From Eledone cirrhosa (taxonomy: Eukaryota), in contig OZ024740.1 of the NCBI GenBank assembly GCA_964016885.1, forward strand, positions 19,716,001 to 19,780,000: a DNA stretch of 64,000 nucleotides. The letters are read 5' to 3'. The first letter of the stretch is position 1; each line of letters begins with the position of its first letter. Shown here piece by piece: positions 41,001 through 54,400 of the stretch. The notes beneath the pieces are model-generated. The model did not search any database and was not told the origin of the DNA. It saw only the letters and a list, made by a program, of their open reading frames with translations. The position numbers and the translations under genes are program-made.

Positions 41001-43600
41001 AACAACTAATGCAGTGATTCGACAGCTAAAAACTGATGCAGTGTCTCGACAGCTAACAACTGATGCAGTGTCCTCTCGACAGCTAACAAAATATGCAGTT
41101 TCTTCTCGACAGCTAACAACTGATGCAGTGTCCTCCCGACAGATAACAACTGATGCAGTGTCCTCTCGACAGCTAACAACTGATGCAGTGTTCCGACAGC
41201 TAACAACTGATGCAGTGTCCCCTCGACAGCTAACAACTGATGCACTGTCCCAACAGCTAACAACTGATGCAGTGTCTCGACAGCTAACAACTGTTGCAGT
41301 GTCCCGAAAGCTAACAACTGATGCAGTGTCCTCTCGACAGCTAACAACTGATGCAGTGTCCCGACAGCTAACAACTGATGCAGTGTCCTCTCGACAGCTA
41401 ACAACTGATGCAGTGTCCCGACAGCTAACAACTGATGCAGTGCCTCGACAGCTAACAACTGCTGCAGTGTCCCGACAGCTAACAACTGATGCAGTGCCTC
41501 GACAGCTAACAACTGCTGCAGTGTCCCGACAGCTAACAACTGATGCAGTGTCTCGACAGCTAACAACTGATGCAGTGTCCTCTCGACAGCTAACAACTGA
41601 TGCAGTGTCCCAACAGCTAACAACTGATGCAGTGTCCTCTCGAAAGCCAAAAACAGATGCAGTGTCCTCTAGACAGCTAACAAATTATGCAGTGTCCTGA
41701 CAGCTAACATCTGATGCAGTGTCCTCTCGACAGCTAACAACTGATGCAGTGTCCCAACAGCTAACAACTGATGCAGTGTCCTCTCGAAAGCCAAAAACAG
41801 ATGCAGTGTCCTCTAGACAGCTAACAAATTATGCAGTGTCCCAACAGCTAACAACTGATGCAGTGTCCTCTCGACAGCTAACAACTAATGCAGTGATTCG
41901 ACAGCTAAAAACTGATGCAGCGTCTCGACAGCTAACAACTGATGCAGTGTCCTCTCGACAGCTAACAAAATATGCAGTTTCTTCTCGACAGCTAACAACT
42001 GATGCAGTGTCCTCCCGACAGATAACAACTGATGCAGTGTCCTCTCGACAGCTAACAACTGATGCAGTGTTCCGACAGCTAACAACTGATGCAGTGTCCC
42101 CTCGACAGCTAACAACTGATGCAGTGTCCCAACAGCTAACAACTGATGCAGTGTCCCGCCAGCTAACAACTGATGCAGTGTCTCGACAGCTAACAACTGT
42201 TGCAGTGTCCCGAAAGCTAACAACTGATGCAGTGTCTCGACAGCTAACAACCGATGCAGTGTCCCGAAAGCTAACACTGATGCAGTGTCTCGACAGATAA
42301 ACAACTGATGCAGTGTCCCGAAAGCTAACAACTGATGCAGTGTCCCGACATCTAACAAGTGATGCAGTGTCCTCTCGACAGCTAACAAATGATGCAGTGA
42401 TTCGACAGCTAACAACTGATGCAGTGTCCTCAGGACAGCTAACAACTAAAGCAGTGATTCGACATCTAACAACTGATACAGTGTCCTCTCGACAGCTAAC
42501 AACTGATGCAGTGCTCAGACAGCTAACAACTGATGCAGTGTCCTTGCGACAGCTAACAACTGATGCAGTGTCCCGACAGCTAAAAACTGATGCAGTGTCT
42601 CGATAGCTAACAACTGATGCAGTGTCCTCTCGACAGCTAACAAAATATGCAGTTTCCTCTCGACAGCTAACAGCTGATGCAGTGTCCTTTCGACAACTAA
42701 CAACTGATTCAGTGTCCTCTCGACAGCTAACAAAATATGCAGTTTCTTCTCGACAGCTAACAACTGATGCAGTGTCCTCCCGACAGATAACAACTGATGC
42801 AGTGTCCTCTCGACTGCTAACAACTGATGCAGTGTTCAGAGAGCTAACAACTGATGCAGTGTCCCCTCGACAGCTAACAACTGATGCAGTGTCCCAACAG
42901 CTAACAACTGATGCAGTGTCCCGACAGCTAACAACTGATGCAGTGTCTCGACAGCTAACAACTGTTGCAGTGTCCCGAAAGCTAACAACCGATGCAGTGT
43001 CTCGACAGCTAACAACCGATGCAGTGTCCCGAAAGCTAACAACTGATGCAGTGTCTCGACAGCTAACAACTGATGCAGTGTCCCGAAAGCTAACGACTGA
43101 TGCAGTGTCTCGACAGCTAACAACTGCTGCAGTGTCCCGACATCTAACAACTGATGCAGTGTCCCGACAGCTAACAACTGATGCAGTGTCCTCTCGACAG
43201 CTAACAACTGATGCAGTGTCCCAACAGCTAACAACTGATGCAGTGTTCCGAAAGCTAACAACTGATGCAGTGTCCCGAAAGCTAACAACTGATGCAGTGT
43301 CTAGACAGCTAACAACTGATGCAGTGTGCTCTCGACAGCTAACAACTGATTCAGTGTCCTCTCGACAGCTAACAACTGATGCAGTGTCCCGACAGCTAAC
43401 AACTGATGCAGTGTCCTCTCGACAGCTAACAACTGATGCAGTGTCCCGACAGCTAACAACTGATGCAGTGCCTCGACAGCTAACAACTGCTGCTGTGTCC
43501 CAACAGCTAACAACTGATGCAGTGCCTCGCCATCTAACAACTGATGCAGTGTCCCAACGGCTAACAACTGATGCAGTGTCCTCTCGACAGCTAACAACTG
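29100..43600 (+). repeat. Satellite domain 2 (variant-rich; modules of about 0.8-1.8 kb inside 3.2-5.4 kb duplications)
   Basis: New markers start abruptly: CGAAAGCT (first about 29160), TCAGGACAG..TAAAGC (about 29380, 30766, 32584, 34809, 36195, 39240, 42431), AAATATGCAGTTT, and AAGCCAAAAACAGAT. The 1-bp deletion marker recurs at about 29225, 34654, 39084 and 42276. Confidence 0.85.
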
Positions 43601-44952
43601 ATGCAGTGTCCCGACAGCTAACAACTGATGCAGTGTCCTCTTGACAGCTAACAACTGATGCAGTGTCCTCTCGACAGCTAACAACTGATGTAGTGTCCCG
43701 ACAGCTAACAACTGATGCAGTGTCCTCTTGACAGCTAACAACTGATGCAGTGTCCTCACGACAGCTAACAACTGATGTAGTGTCCTCTCGACAGCTAACA
43801 ACTGATGAAGTGTCCTCTCGACAGATAACAACTGATGCAGTGTCCCAACAGCTAACAACTGATGCAGTGTCCTCTCGACAGCTAACAACTGATGCAGTGT
43901 CCCGACAGCTAACAACTGATGCAGTGTCCTCTCGACAGCTAACAACTGATGCAGTATCCCGACAGCTAACAACTGATGCAGTGTCCTCTCGACAGCTAAC
44001 AACTGATGCAGTGTCCCGACAGCTAACAACTGATGCAGTGTCCTCTCGACAGCTAACAACTGATGCAGTGTCCCGACAGCTAACAACTGATGCAGTGTCC
44101 CGACAGCTAACAACTGATGCAGTGTCCCGACAGCTAACAACTGATGCAGTGTCTCGACAGCTAACAACTGATGTAGTGTCTCGACAGCTAACAACTGATG
44201 CAGTGTCCTTCCGACAGCTAACAACTGATGCAGTGTCCTCTCGACAGCTAACAACTGATGCAGTGATTCGACAGCTAACAACTGATGCAGTGTCCTCTCG
44301 ACAGCTAACAACTGATGCAGTGATTCGACATCTAACAACTGATACAGTGTCCTCTCGACAGCTAACAGCTGATGCAGTGTCCCGACAGCTAACAACTGAT
44401 GCAGTGTCCTCTCGACAGCTAACAACTGATGCAGTGTCCTCTCGACAGCTAACAACTGATGCAGTGTCCTCTCGACAGCTAACAACTGATGCAGTGTCCT
44501 CTCGACAGCTAACAACTGAAGCAGTGTCCTCTCGACAGCTAACAACTGATGCAGTTTCCCGACAGCTAACAACTGATGCAGTGTCCTCTCGACAGCTAAA
44601 CACTGATGCAGTGTCCCGACAGCTAACAACTGATGCAGTGTCCCGACAGCTAACAACTGATGCAGTGTCTCGACAGCTAACAACTGATGCAGTGTCCTCT
44701 CGACAGCTAACAACTGATGCAGTGTCCCGACAGCTAACAACTGATGCAGTGTCCTCTCGACAGCTAACAACTGATGCAGTGTCCTGACAGCTAACAACTG
44801 ATGCAGTGTCTCGACAGCTAACAACTGATGCAGTGTCCTCTCGACAGCTAACAACTGATGCAGTGTCCCGACAGCTAACAACTGATGCAGTGTCCTCTCG
44901 ACAGCTAACAACTGATGCAGTGTCCTTCCGACAGCTAACAACTGATGCAGTG

Positions 44953-45525
44953 TCCTCTCGACAGCTAAAAACTGATGCAGTGATTCGACATCTAACAACT
45001 GATGCAGTGTCTTCTCGACAGCTAACAACTGATGCAGTGATTCGACAGCTAACAACTGATGCAGTGTCCTCTCGACAGCTAACAACTGATGCCGTGATTC
45101 GACAGCTAACAACTGATGCAGTGTCCTCTCGACAGCTAACAACTGATGCAGTGATTCGACAGCTAACAACTGATGGAGTGTCCTCTCGACAGCTAACAAC
45201 TGATGCAGTGATTCGACAGCTAACAACTGATGCAGTGTCCTCTCGACAGCTAACAACTGATGCAGTGATTCGACAGCTAACAACTGATGCAGTGTCCTCT
45301 CGACAGCTAACAACTTATGCAGTGATTCGACAGCTAACAACTGATTCAGTGTCCTCTCGACATCTAACAACTGATGCAGTGATTCGACAGCTAACAACTG
45401 ATGCAGTGTCCTCTCGACAGCTAACAACTGATGCAGTGATTCGACAGCTAACAACTGATGCAGTGTCCTTTCGACAGCTAACAACTGATGCAGTGATTCG
45501 ACATCTAACAACTGATACAGTGTCC
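44953..45525 (+). repeat. 57-bp dimeric sub-array (30-mer plus ATT-type 27-mer), 10 copies
   Basis: The GTGATTCGA junction recurs every 57 bp from 44983 to 45496, strictly alternating with 30-mers. Confidence 0.9.
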
Positions 45526-48500
45526 TCTCGACAGCTAACAACTGATGCAGTGTCCCGACAGCTAACAACTGATGCAGCGTCCTCTCGACAGCTAACAACT
45601 GATGCAGTGTCCTCTCGACAGCTAACAACTGATGCAGTGTCCCGACAGCTAACAACTGATGCAGTGTCTCGACATCTAACAACTGATGCAGTGTCCCGAC
45701 AGCTAACAACTGATACAGTGTCCCGACAGCTAACAACTGATGCAGTGTCCTCTCGACAGCTAACAACTGATGCAGTGTCCCGACAGCTAACAACTGATGG
45801 AGTGTCTCGACAGCTAACACCTGATGCAGTGTCTCGACAGCTAACAACTGATGCAGTGTCCTTCCGACAGCTAACAACTGATGCAGTGTCCTCTCGACAT
45901 CTAACAACTGATGCAGTGTCCTCTCGACAGCTAACAACTGATGCAGTGATTCGACAGCTAACAACTGATGCAGTGTCCTCAGGACAGCTAACAACTAAAG
46001 CAGTGATTCGACATCTAACAACTGATACAGTGTCCTCTCGACAGCTAACAACTGATGCAGTGCTCAGTCAGCTAACAACTGATGCAGTGTCCTCTCGACA
46101 GCTAACAAAATATGCAGTTTCCTCTCGACAGCTAACACCTGATGCAGTGTCCTTTCGACAGCTAACAACTGATGCAGTGTCCTCTCGACAGCTAACAAAA
46201 TATGCAGTTTCTTCTCGACAGCTAATAACTGATGCAGTGTCCTCCCGACAGATAACAATTAATGCAGTGTCCTCTCGACAGCTAACAACTGATGCAGTGT
46301 TCCGATAGCTAACAACTGATGCAGTGTCCCCTCGACAGCTAACAACTGATGCAGTGTCCCAACAGCTAATAACTGATGCAGTGTCCCGACAGCTAACAAC
46401 TGATGCAGTGTCTCGACAGCTAACAACTGTTGCAGTGTCCCGAAAGCTAACAACTGATGCAGTGTCTCGACAGCTAACAACTGATGCAGTGTCCCGAAAG
46501 CTAACAACTGATGCAGTGTCCCAACAGCTAACAACTAATGCAGTGTACCGAAAGCTAACAACTGATGCAGTGTCTAGACAGCTAACAGCTGATGCAGTGT
46601 CCCAACAGCTAACAACTGATGCAGTGTGCCGAAAGCTAACAACTGATGCAGTGTCTAGACAGCTAACAACTGATGCAGTGTCTCGACAGCTAACAACTGA
46701 TGCAGTGTCCTCTTGACAGCTAACAACTGATTCAGTGTCCTCTCGACAGCTAACAACTGATGCAGTGTCCCGACAGCTAACAACTGATGCAGTGTCCCGA
46801 CAGCTCATAACTGATGCAGTGCCTCGACAGCTAACAACTGCTGCATTGTCCCGACAGCTAACAACTGATGCAGTGTCTCGACAGCTAACAACTGATGCAG
46901 TGTCCTCTCGACAGCTAACAACTGATGCAGTGTACCAACAGCTAACAACTGATGCAGTGTCCTCTCGAAAGCTAAAAACTGATGCAGTGTCCTCTAGACA
47001 GCTAACAAATTATGCAGTGTCCCAACAGCTAACAACTGATGCAGTGTCTCGAAATCTAACAACTGGTGCAGTGTCCCGACAGCTAACAACTGATGCAGTG
47101 TCCTCTCGACAGCTAACAACTGATGCAGTGTCCTGACAGCTGACAACTGACGCAGTGTCCCGACAGCTAACAACTGATGCAGTGTCTCGCCATCTAACAA
47201 CTGATGCAGTGTCCCAACAGCTAACAACTGATGCAGTGTCCCAACAGCTAACAACTGATGCAGTGTCCTCTCGACAGCTAACAACTGATGCAGTGTCCCG
47301 ACAGCTAACAACTGATGCAGTGTCCTCTTGACAGCTAACAACTGATGCAGTGTCCTCTCGACAGCTAACAACTGATGCAGTGTCCCGACAGCTAACAACT
47401 GATGCAGTGTCTCGAAATCTAACAACTGATGCAGTGTCCCGACAGCTAACAACTGATGCAGTGTCCTCTCGACAGCTAACAACTGATGCAGTGTCCTGAC
47501 AGCTGACAACTGACGCAGTGTCCCGACAGCTAACAACTGATGCAGTGTCTCGCCATCTAACAACTGATGCAGTGTCCCGACAGCTAACAACTGATGCAGT
47601 GTCTCGACATCTAACAACTGATGCAGTGTCCCGACAGCTAACAACTGATGCAGTGTCCCGACAGCTAACAACTGATGCAGTGTCCTCTTGACAGATAACA
47701 ACTGATGCAGTGTCCTCTCGACAGCTAACAACTGATGCAGTGTCCCGACAGCTAACAACTGATGCAGTGTCCCGACAGCTAACAACTGATGCAGTGCTCA
47801 GACAGCTAACAACTTATGCAGTGTCTCGAAATCTAACAACTGATGCAGTGTCCCGACAGCTAACAACTGATGCAGTGTCCTCTCGACAGCTAACAACTGA
47901 TGCAGTGTCCTGACAGCTGACAACTGACGCAGTGTCCCGACAGCTAACAACTGATGCAGTGTCTCGCCATCTAACAACTGATGAAGTGTCCCGACAGCTA
48001 ACAACTGATGCAGTGTCTCGACATCTAACAACTGATGCAGTGTCCCGACAGCTAACAACTGATGCAGTGTCCCGACAGCTAACAACTGATGCAGTGTCCT
48101 CTTGACAGCTAACAACTGATGCAGTGTCCTCTCGACAGCTAACAACTGATGCAGTGTCCCGACAGCTAACAACTGATGCAGTGTCCCGACAGCTAACAAC
48201 TGATGCAGTGCTCAGACAGCTAACAACTTATGCAGTGCTCAGACAGCTAACAACTGATGCAGTGTCCCGACAGCTAACAACTGATGCAGTGTCCTCTCGA
48301 CAGCTAACAACTGATGCAGTGTCCTCTCGACAGCTAATATCTGATGCAGTGTCTCGACAGCTAACAACTGATGCAGTGTCTCGACAGCTAACAACTGATG
48401 CAGTGTCCACGCAGGTAACAACTGATGCAGTGTCCTCTCGACAGCTAACAACTTATGCAGTGTCTTCTCGACAGCTAACAACTGATGTAGTGTCCTCTCG

Positions 48501-51470
48501 ACAGCTAACAACTGATGAAGTGTCCTCTCGACAGCTAACAACTGATGCAATGTCCTCTATACAGCTAACAACTTATGCAGTGTCCTCTCGACAGCTAACA
48601 ACTGATGCAATGTCCTCTATACAGCTAACAACTGATGCAGTGTCCTCTCGCCATCTAACAACTGATGCAGTGTCCCGACAGCTAACAAATGATGCAGTGT
48701 CTCGACATCTAACAACTGATGCAGTGTCCCGACAGCTAACAACTGATGCAGTGTCCTCTCGACAGCTAACAACTGATGCAGTGTCCCGACAGCTAACAAC
48801 TGATGCAGTGTCCTCTTGACAGCTAACAACTGATGCAGTGTCCTCTCGACAGCTAACAACTGATGCAGTGTCCTGACAGCTGACAACTGACGCAGTGTCC
48901 CGACAGCTAACAACTGATGCAGTGTCTCGCCATCTAACAACTGATGCAGTGTCCCAACAGCTAACAACTGATGCAGTGTCCCGACAGCTAACAACTGATG
49001 CAGTGCTCAGACAGCTAACAACTTATGCAGTGCTCAGACAGCTAACAACTGATGCAGTGTCTCGACAGCTAACAACTGATGCAGTGTCCTCTCGACAGCT
49101 AACAACTGATTCAGTGTCCTCTCGACAGCTAACAACTGATGCAGTGTCTCGACAGCTAACAACTGAATCAGTGTCCTCTCGACAGCTAACAACTGATGCA
49201 GTGTCCTCTCGACATCTAACAACTGATGCAGTGTCCTCTCGACAGCTAACAACTGATGCAGTGTCCTCTCGACAGCTAACATCTGATGCAGTGTCTCGAC
49301 AGCTAACAACTGATGCAGTGTCTCGACAGCTAACAACTGATGCAGTGTCCTTCCGACAGCTAACAACTGATGCAGTGTCCTCTTGACAGCTAACAACTGA
49401 TGCAGTGATTCGACAGCTAACAACTGATGCAGTGTCTCGCCATCTAACAACTGATGCAGTGTCCCGACAGCTAACAACTGATGCAGTGTCTCGACATCTA
49501 ACAACTGATGCAGTGTCCCGACAGCTAACAACTGATGCAGTGTCCCGACAGCTAACAACTGATGCAGTGTCCTCTTGACAGCTAACAACTGATGCAGTGT
49601 CTTCTCGACAGCTAACAACTGATGCAGTGTCCCGACAGCTAACAACTGATGCAGTGTCCCGACAGCTAACAACTGATGCAGTGCTCAGACAGCTAACAAC
49701 TTATGCAGTGCTCAGACAGCTAACAACTGATGCAGTGTCTCGACAGCTAACAACTGATGCAGTGGCTCGACAGCTAACAACTGATGCAGTGTCCCGACAG
49801 CTAACAACTGATGCAGTGTCCTCTCGACAGCTAACAACTGATGCAGTGTCCGCTCGACAGCTAACAACTGATGCAGTGTCTCGACAGCTAACAAATGAAT
49901 CAGTGTCCTCTCGACAGCTAACAACTGATGCAGTGTCCTCTCGACAACTAACATCTGATGCAGTGTCTCGACAGCTAACAACTGATGCAGTGTCTCGACA
50001 GCTAACAACTGATGCAGTGTCCACGCAGGTAACAGCTGATGCAGTGTCCTCTCGACAGCTAACAACTTATGCAGTGTCCTCTCGACAGCTAACAACTGAT
50101 GTAGTGTCCTCTCGACAGCTAACAACTGATGAAGTGTCCTCTCGACAGCTAACAACTGATGCAATGTCCTCTATACAGCTAACAGCTTATGCAGTGTCCT
50201 CTCGACAGCTAACAACTGATGTAGTGTCCTCTCGACAGCTAACAACTGATGAAGTGTCCTCTCGACAGCTAACAACTGATGCAATGTCCTCTATACAGCT
50301 AACAACTTATGCAGTGTCCTCTCGCCATCTAACAACTGATGCAGTGTCCCGACAGCTAACAACTGATGCAGTGTCTCGACATCTAACAACTGATGCAGTG
50401 TCCCGACAGCTAACAACTGATGCAGTGTCCCGACAGCTAACAACTGATGCAGTGTCCTCTTGACAGCTAACAACTGATGCAGTGTCCTCTCGACAGGTAA
50501 CAACTGATGCAGTGTCCCGACAGCTAACAACTGATGCAGTGTCCCGACAGCTAACAACTGATGCAGTGCTCAGACAGCTAACAACTGATGCAGTGCTCAG
50601 ACAGCTAACAACTGATGCAGTGTCTCGACAGCTAACAACTGAATCAGTGTCCTCTCGACAGCTAACAACTGATGCAGTGTCCTCTCGACAGCTAACAACT
50701 GATGCAGTGTCCTCTCGACAGCTAACAACTGATGCAGTGTCCTCTCGACAGCTAACATCTGATGCAGTGTCTCGACAGCTAACAACTGATGCAGTGTCTC
50801 AACAGCTAACAACTGATGCAGTGTCCTTCCGACAGCTAACAACTGATGCAGTGTCCTCTTGACAGCTAACAACTGATGCAGTGAATCGACAGCTAACAAC
50901 TGATGCAGTGTCCTCTCGACAGCTAACAACTGATGCAGTGTACCGACAGCTAACAACTGATGCAGTGTCCTCTCGACAGCTAACAACTGATGCAGTGTCC
51001 TCTCGACAGCTAACAACTGATGCAGTGTCCCGACAGCTAACAACTGATGCAGTGTCCTCTCGACAGCTAACAACTGATGCAGTGTCCTCTCGACAGCTAA
51101 CAACTGATGCAGTGTCCTCTCGACAGCTAACAACTGATGCAGTGTCCCGACAGCTAACAACTGATGCAGTGTCCTCTCGACAGCTAACAACTGATGCAGT
51201 GTCCCGACAGCTAACAACTGATGCAGTGTCCTCTCGAAAGCTAACAACTGATGCAGTATCCCGACAACTAACAACTGATGCAGTGTCCCGACAGCTAACA
51301 ACTGATGCTGTGTCTCGACAGCTAACAACTGATGCAGTGTCCCGACAGCTAACAACTGATGCAGTGTCTCGACAGCTAACAACTGATGCAGTGTCTCGAC
51401 AGCTAACAACTGATGCAGTGTCCTTCCGACAGCTAACAACTGATGCAGTGTCCTCTCGACAGCTAACAAC

Positions 51471-54400
51471 TGATGCTGTGTCCCAACAGCTAACAACTGA
51501 TGCAGTGTCCTCTCGACAGCTAACAACTGATGCAGTGATTCGACATCTAACAACTGATGCAGTGTCCTCTCGACAGCTAACAACTGATGCAGTGTCCCGA
51601 CAGCTAACAACTGATGCAGTGTCCTCTCGACAGCTAACAACTGATGCAGTGTCCTCTCGACAGCTAACAACTGATGCAGTGTCCCGACAGCTAACAACTG
51701 ATGCAGTGTCTCGACATCTAACAACTGATGCAGTGTCCCGACAGCTAACAACTGATACAGTGTCCCGACAGCTAACAACTGATGCAGTGTCCTCTCGACA
51801 GCTAACAACTGATGCAGTGTCCTCTCGACAGCTAACAATTGATGCAGTGTCTCGACAGCTAGCAACTGATGCAGTGTCTCGACAGCTAACAATAGATGCA
51901 GTGTCCTTCCGACAGCTAACAACTGATGCAGTGTCCTCTCGACAGCTAACAACCGATGCAGTGTCCTCTCGACAGCTAACAACTGATGCAGTGTCCCGAC
52001 AGCTAACAACTGATGCAGTGTCTCGACAGCTAAGAAATGATGCAGTGATTCGACAGCTAACAACTGATGGAGTGTCTCGACAGCTAACAACTGATGCAGT
52101 GTCTCGACAGCTAACAACTGATGCAGTGTCCTTCCGACAGCTAACAACTGATGCAGTGTCCTCTCGACAGGTAACAACTGATGCAGTGATTCGACATCTA
52201 ACAACTGATTCAGTGTCCTCTCGACAGCTAACAACTGATGCAGTGATTCGACAGTTAACAACTGATGCAGTGTCCTCAGGACAGCTAACAACTAAAGCAG
52301 TGATTCGACATCTAACAACTGATACAGTGTCCTCTCGACAGCTAACAACTGATGCAGTGCTCAGACAGCTAACAACTGATGCAGTGTCCTCGCGACAGCT
52401 AACAACTGATGCAGTGTCCCGACAGCTAAAAACTGATGCAGTGTCTCGACAGCTAACAACTGATGCAGTGTCCTCTCGACAGCTAACAACATATGCAGTT
52501 TCCTCTCGACAGCTAACACCTGATGCAGTGTCCTTTCGACAGCTAACAACTGATGCAGTGTCCTCTCGACAGCTAACAAAATATGCAGTTTCTTCTCGAC
52601 AGCTAACAACTGATGCAGTGTCCTCCCGACAGATAACAACTGATGCAGTGTCCTCTCGACAGCTAACAACTGATGCAGTGTTCCGACAGCTAACAACTGA
52701 TGCAGTGTCCCCTCGACAGCTAACAACAGATGCAGTGTCCCAACAGCTAATAACTGATGCAGTGTCCCGACAGCTAACAACTGATGCAGTGTCTCGACAG
52801 CTAACAACTGTTGCAGTGTCCCGAAAGCTAACAACTGACGCAGTGTCTCGACAGCTAACAACTGATGCAGTGTCCCGAAAGCTAACAACTGATGCAGTGT
52901 CTCGACAGCTAACAACTGATGCAGTGTCCCGAAAGCTAACAACTGATGCAGTGTCTCGACAGCTAACAACTGCTGCAGTGTCCCGACAGCTACCAACTGA
53001 TGCAGTGTCCCGACAGCTAACAACTGATGCAGTGTCCTCTTGGCAGCTAACAACTGATGCAGTGTCCTCTCGACAGCTAACAACTGATGCAGTGTCCCGA
53101 CAGCTAACAACTGATGCAGTGTCCCGACAGCTAACAACTGATGCAGTGCTCAGACAGCTAACAACTTATGCAGTGCTCAGACAGCTAACAACTGATGCAG
53201 TGTCTCGACAGCTAACAACTGATGCAGTGTCCTCTCGACAGCTAACAACTGATGCAGTGTCCTCTCGACAGCTAACAACTGATGCAGTGTCTCGACAGCT
53301 AACAACTGAATCAGTGTCCTCTCGACAGCTAACAACTGATGCAGTGTCCTCTCGACAGCTAACAACTGACGCAGTGTCCTCTCGACAGCTAACAACTGAT
53401 GCAGTGTCCTCTCGACAGCTAACATCTGATGCAGTGTCTCGACAGCTAACAACTGATGCAGTGTCTCGACAGCTAACAACTGATGCAGTGTCCTTCCGAC
53501 AGCTAACAACTGATGCAGTGTCCTCTTGACAGCTAACAACTGATGCAGTGATTCGACAGCTAACAACTAATGCAGTGTCCTCTCGACAGCTAACAACTGA
53601 TGCAGTGATTCGACATCTAACAACTGATACAGTGTCCTCTCGACAGCTAACAACTGTTGCAGTGTCCCGACAGCTAACAACTGGTGCAGTGTCCTCTCGA
53701 CAGCTAACAACTGATGCAGTGTCCTCTCGACAGCTAACAACTGATGCAGTGTACCGACAGCTAACAACTGATGCAGTGTCCTCTCGACAGCTAACAACTG
53801 ATGCAGTGTCCTCTCGACAGCTAACAACTGATGCAGTGTCCCGACAGCTAACAACTGATGCAGTGTCCTCTCGACATCTAACAACTGATGCAGTGTCCTC
53901 TCGACAGCTAACAACTGATGCAGTGTCCCGACAGCTAACAACTGATGCAGTGTCCTCTCGACAGCTAACAACTGATGCAGTGTCCCGACAGCTAACAACT
54001 GATGCAGTGTCCTCTCGAAAGCTAACAACTGATGCAGAGTCCCGACAGCTCACAACTGATGCAGTGCCTCGACAGCTAACAACTGCTGCATTGTCCCGAC
54101 AGCTAACAACTGATGCAGTGTCTCGACAGCTAACAACTGATGCAGTGTCCTCTTGACAGCTAACAACTGATTCAGTGTCCTCTCGACAGCTAACAACTGA
54201 TGCAGTGTCCCGACAGCTAACAACTGATGCAGTGGCCTCTCGACAGCTAACAACTGATGCAGTGTCCCGACAGCTCACAGCTGATGCAGTGCCTCGACAG
54301 CTAACAACTGCTGCATTGTCCCGACAGCTAACAACTGATGCAGTGTCTCGACAGCTAACAACTGATGCAGTGTCCTCTCGACAGCTAACAACTGATGCAG

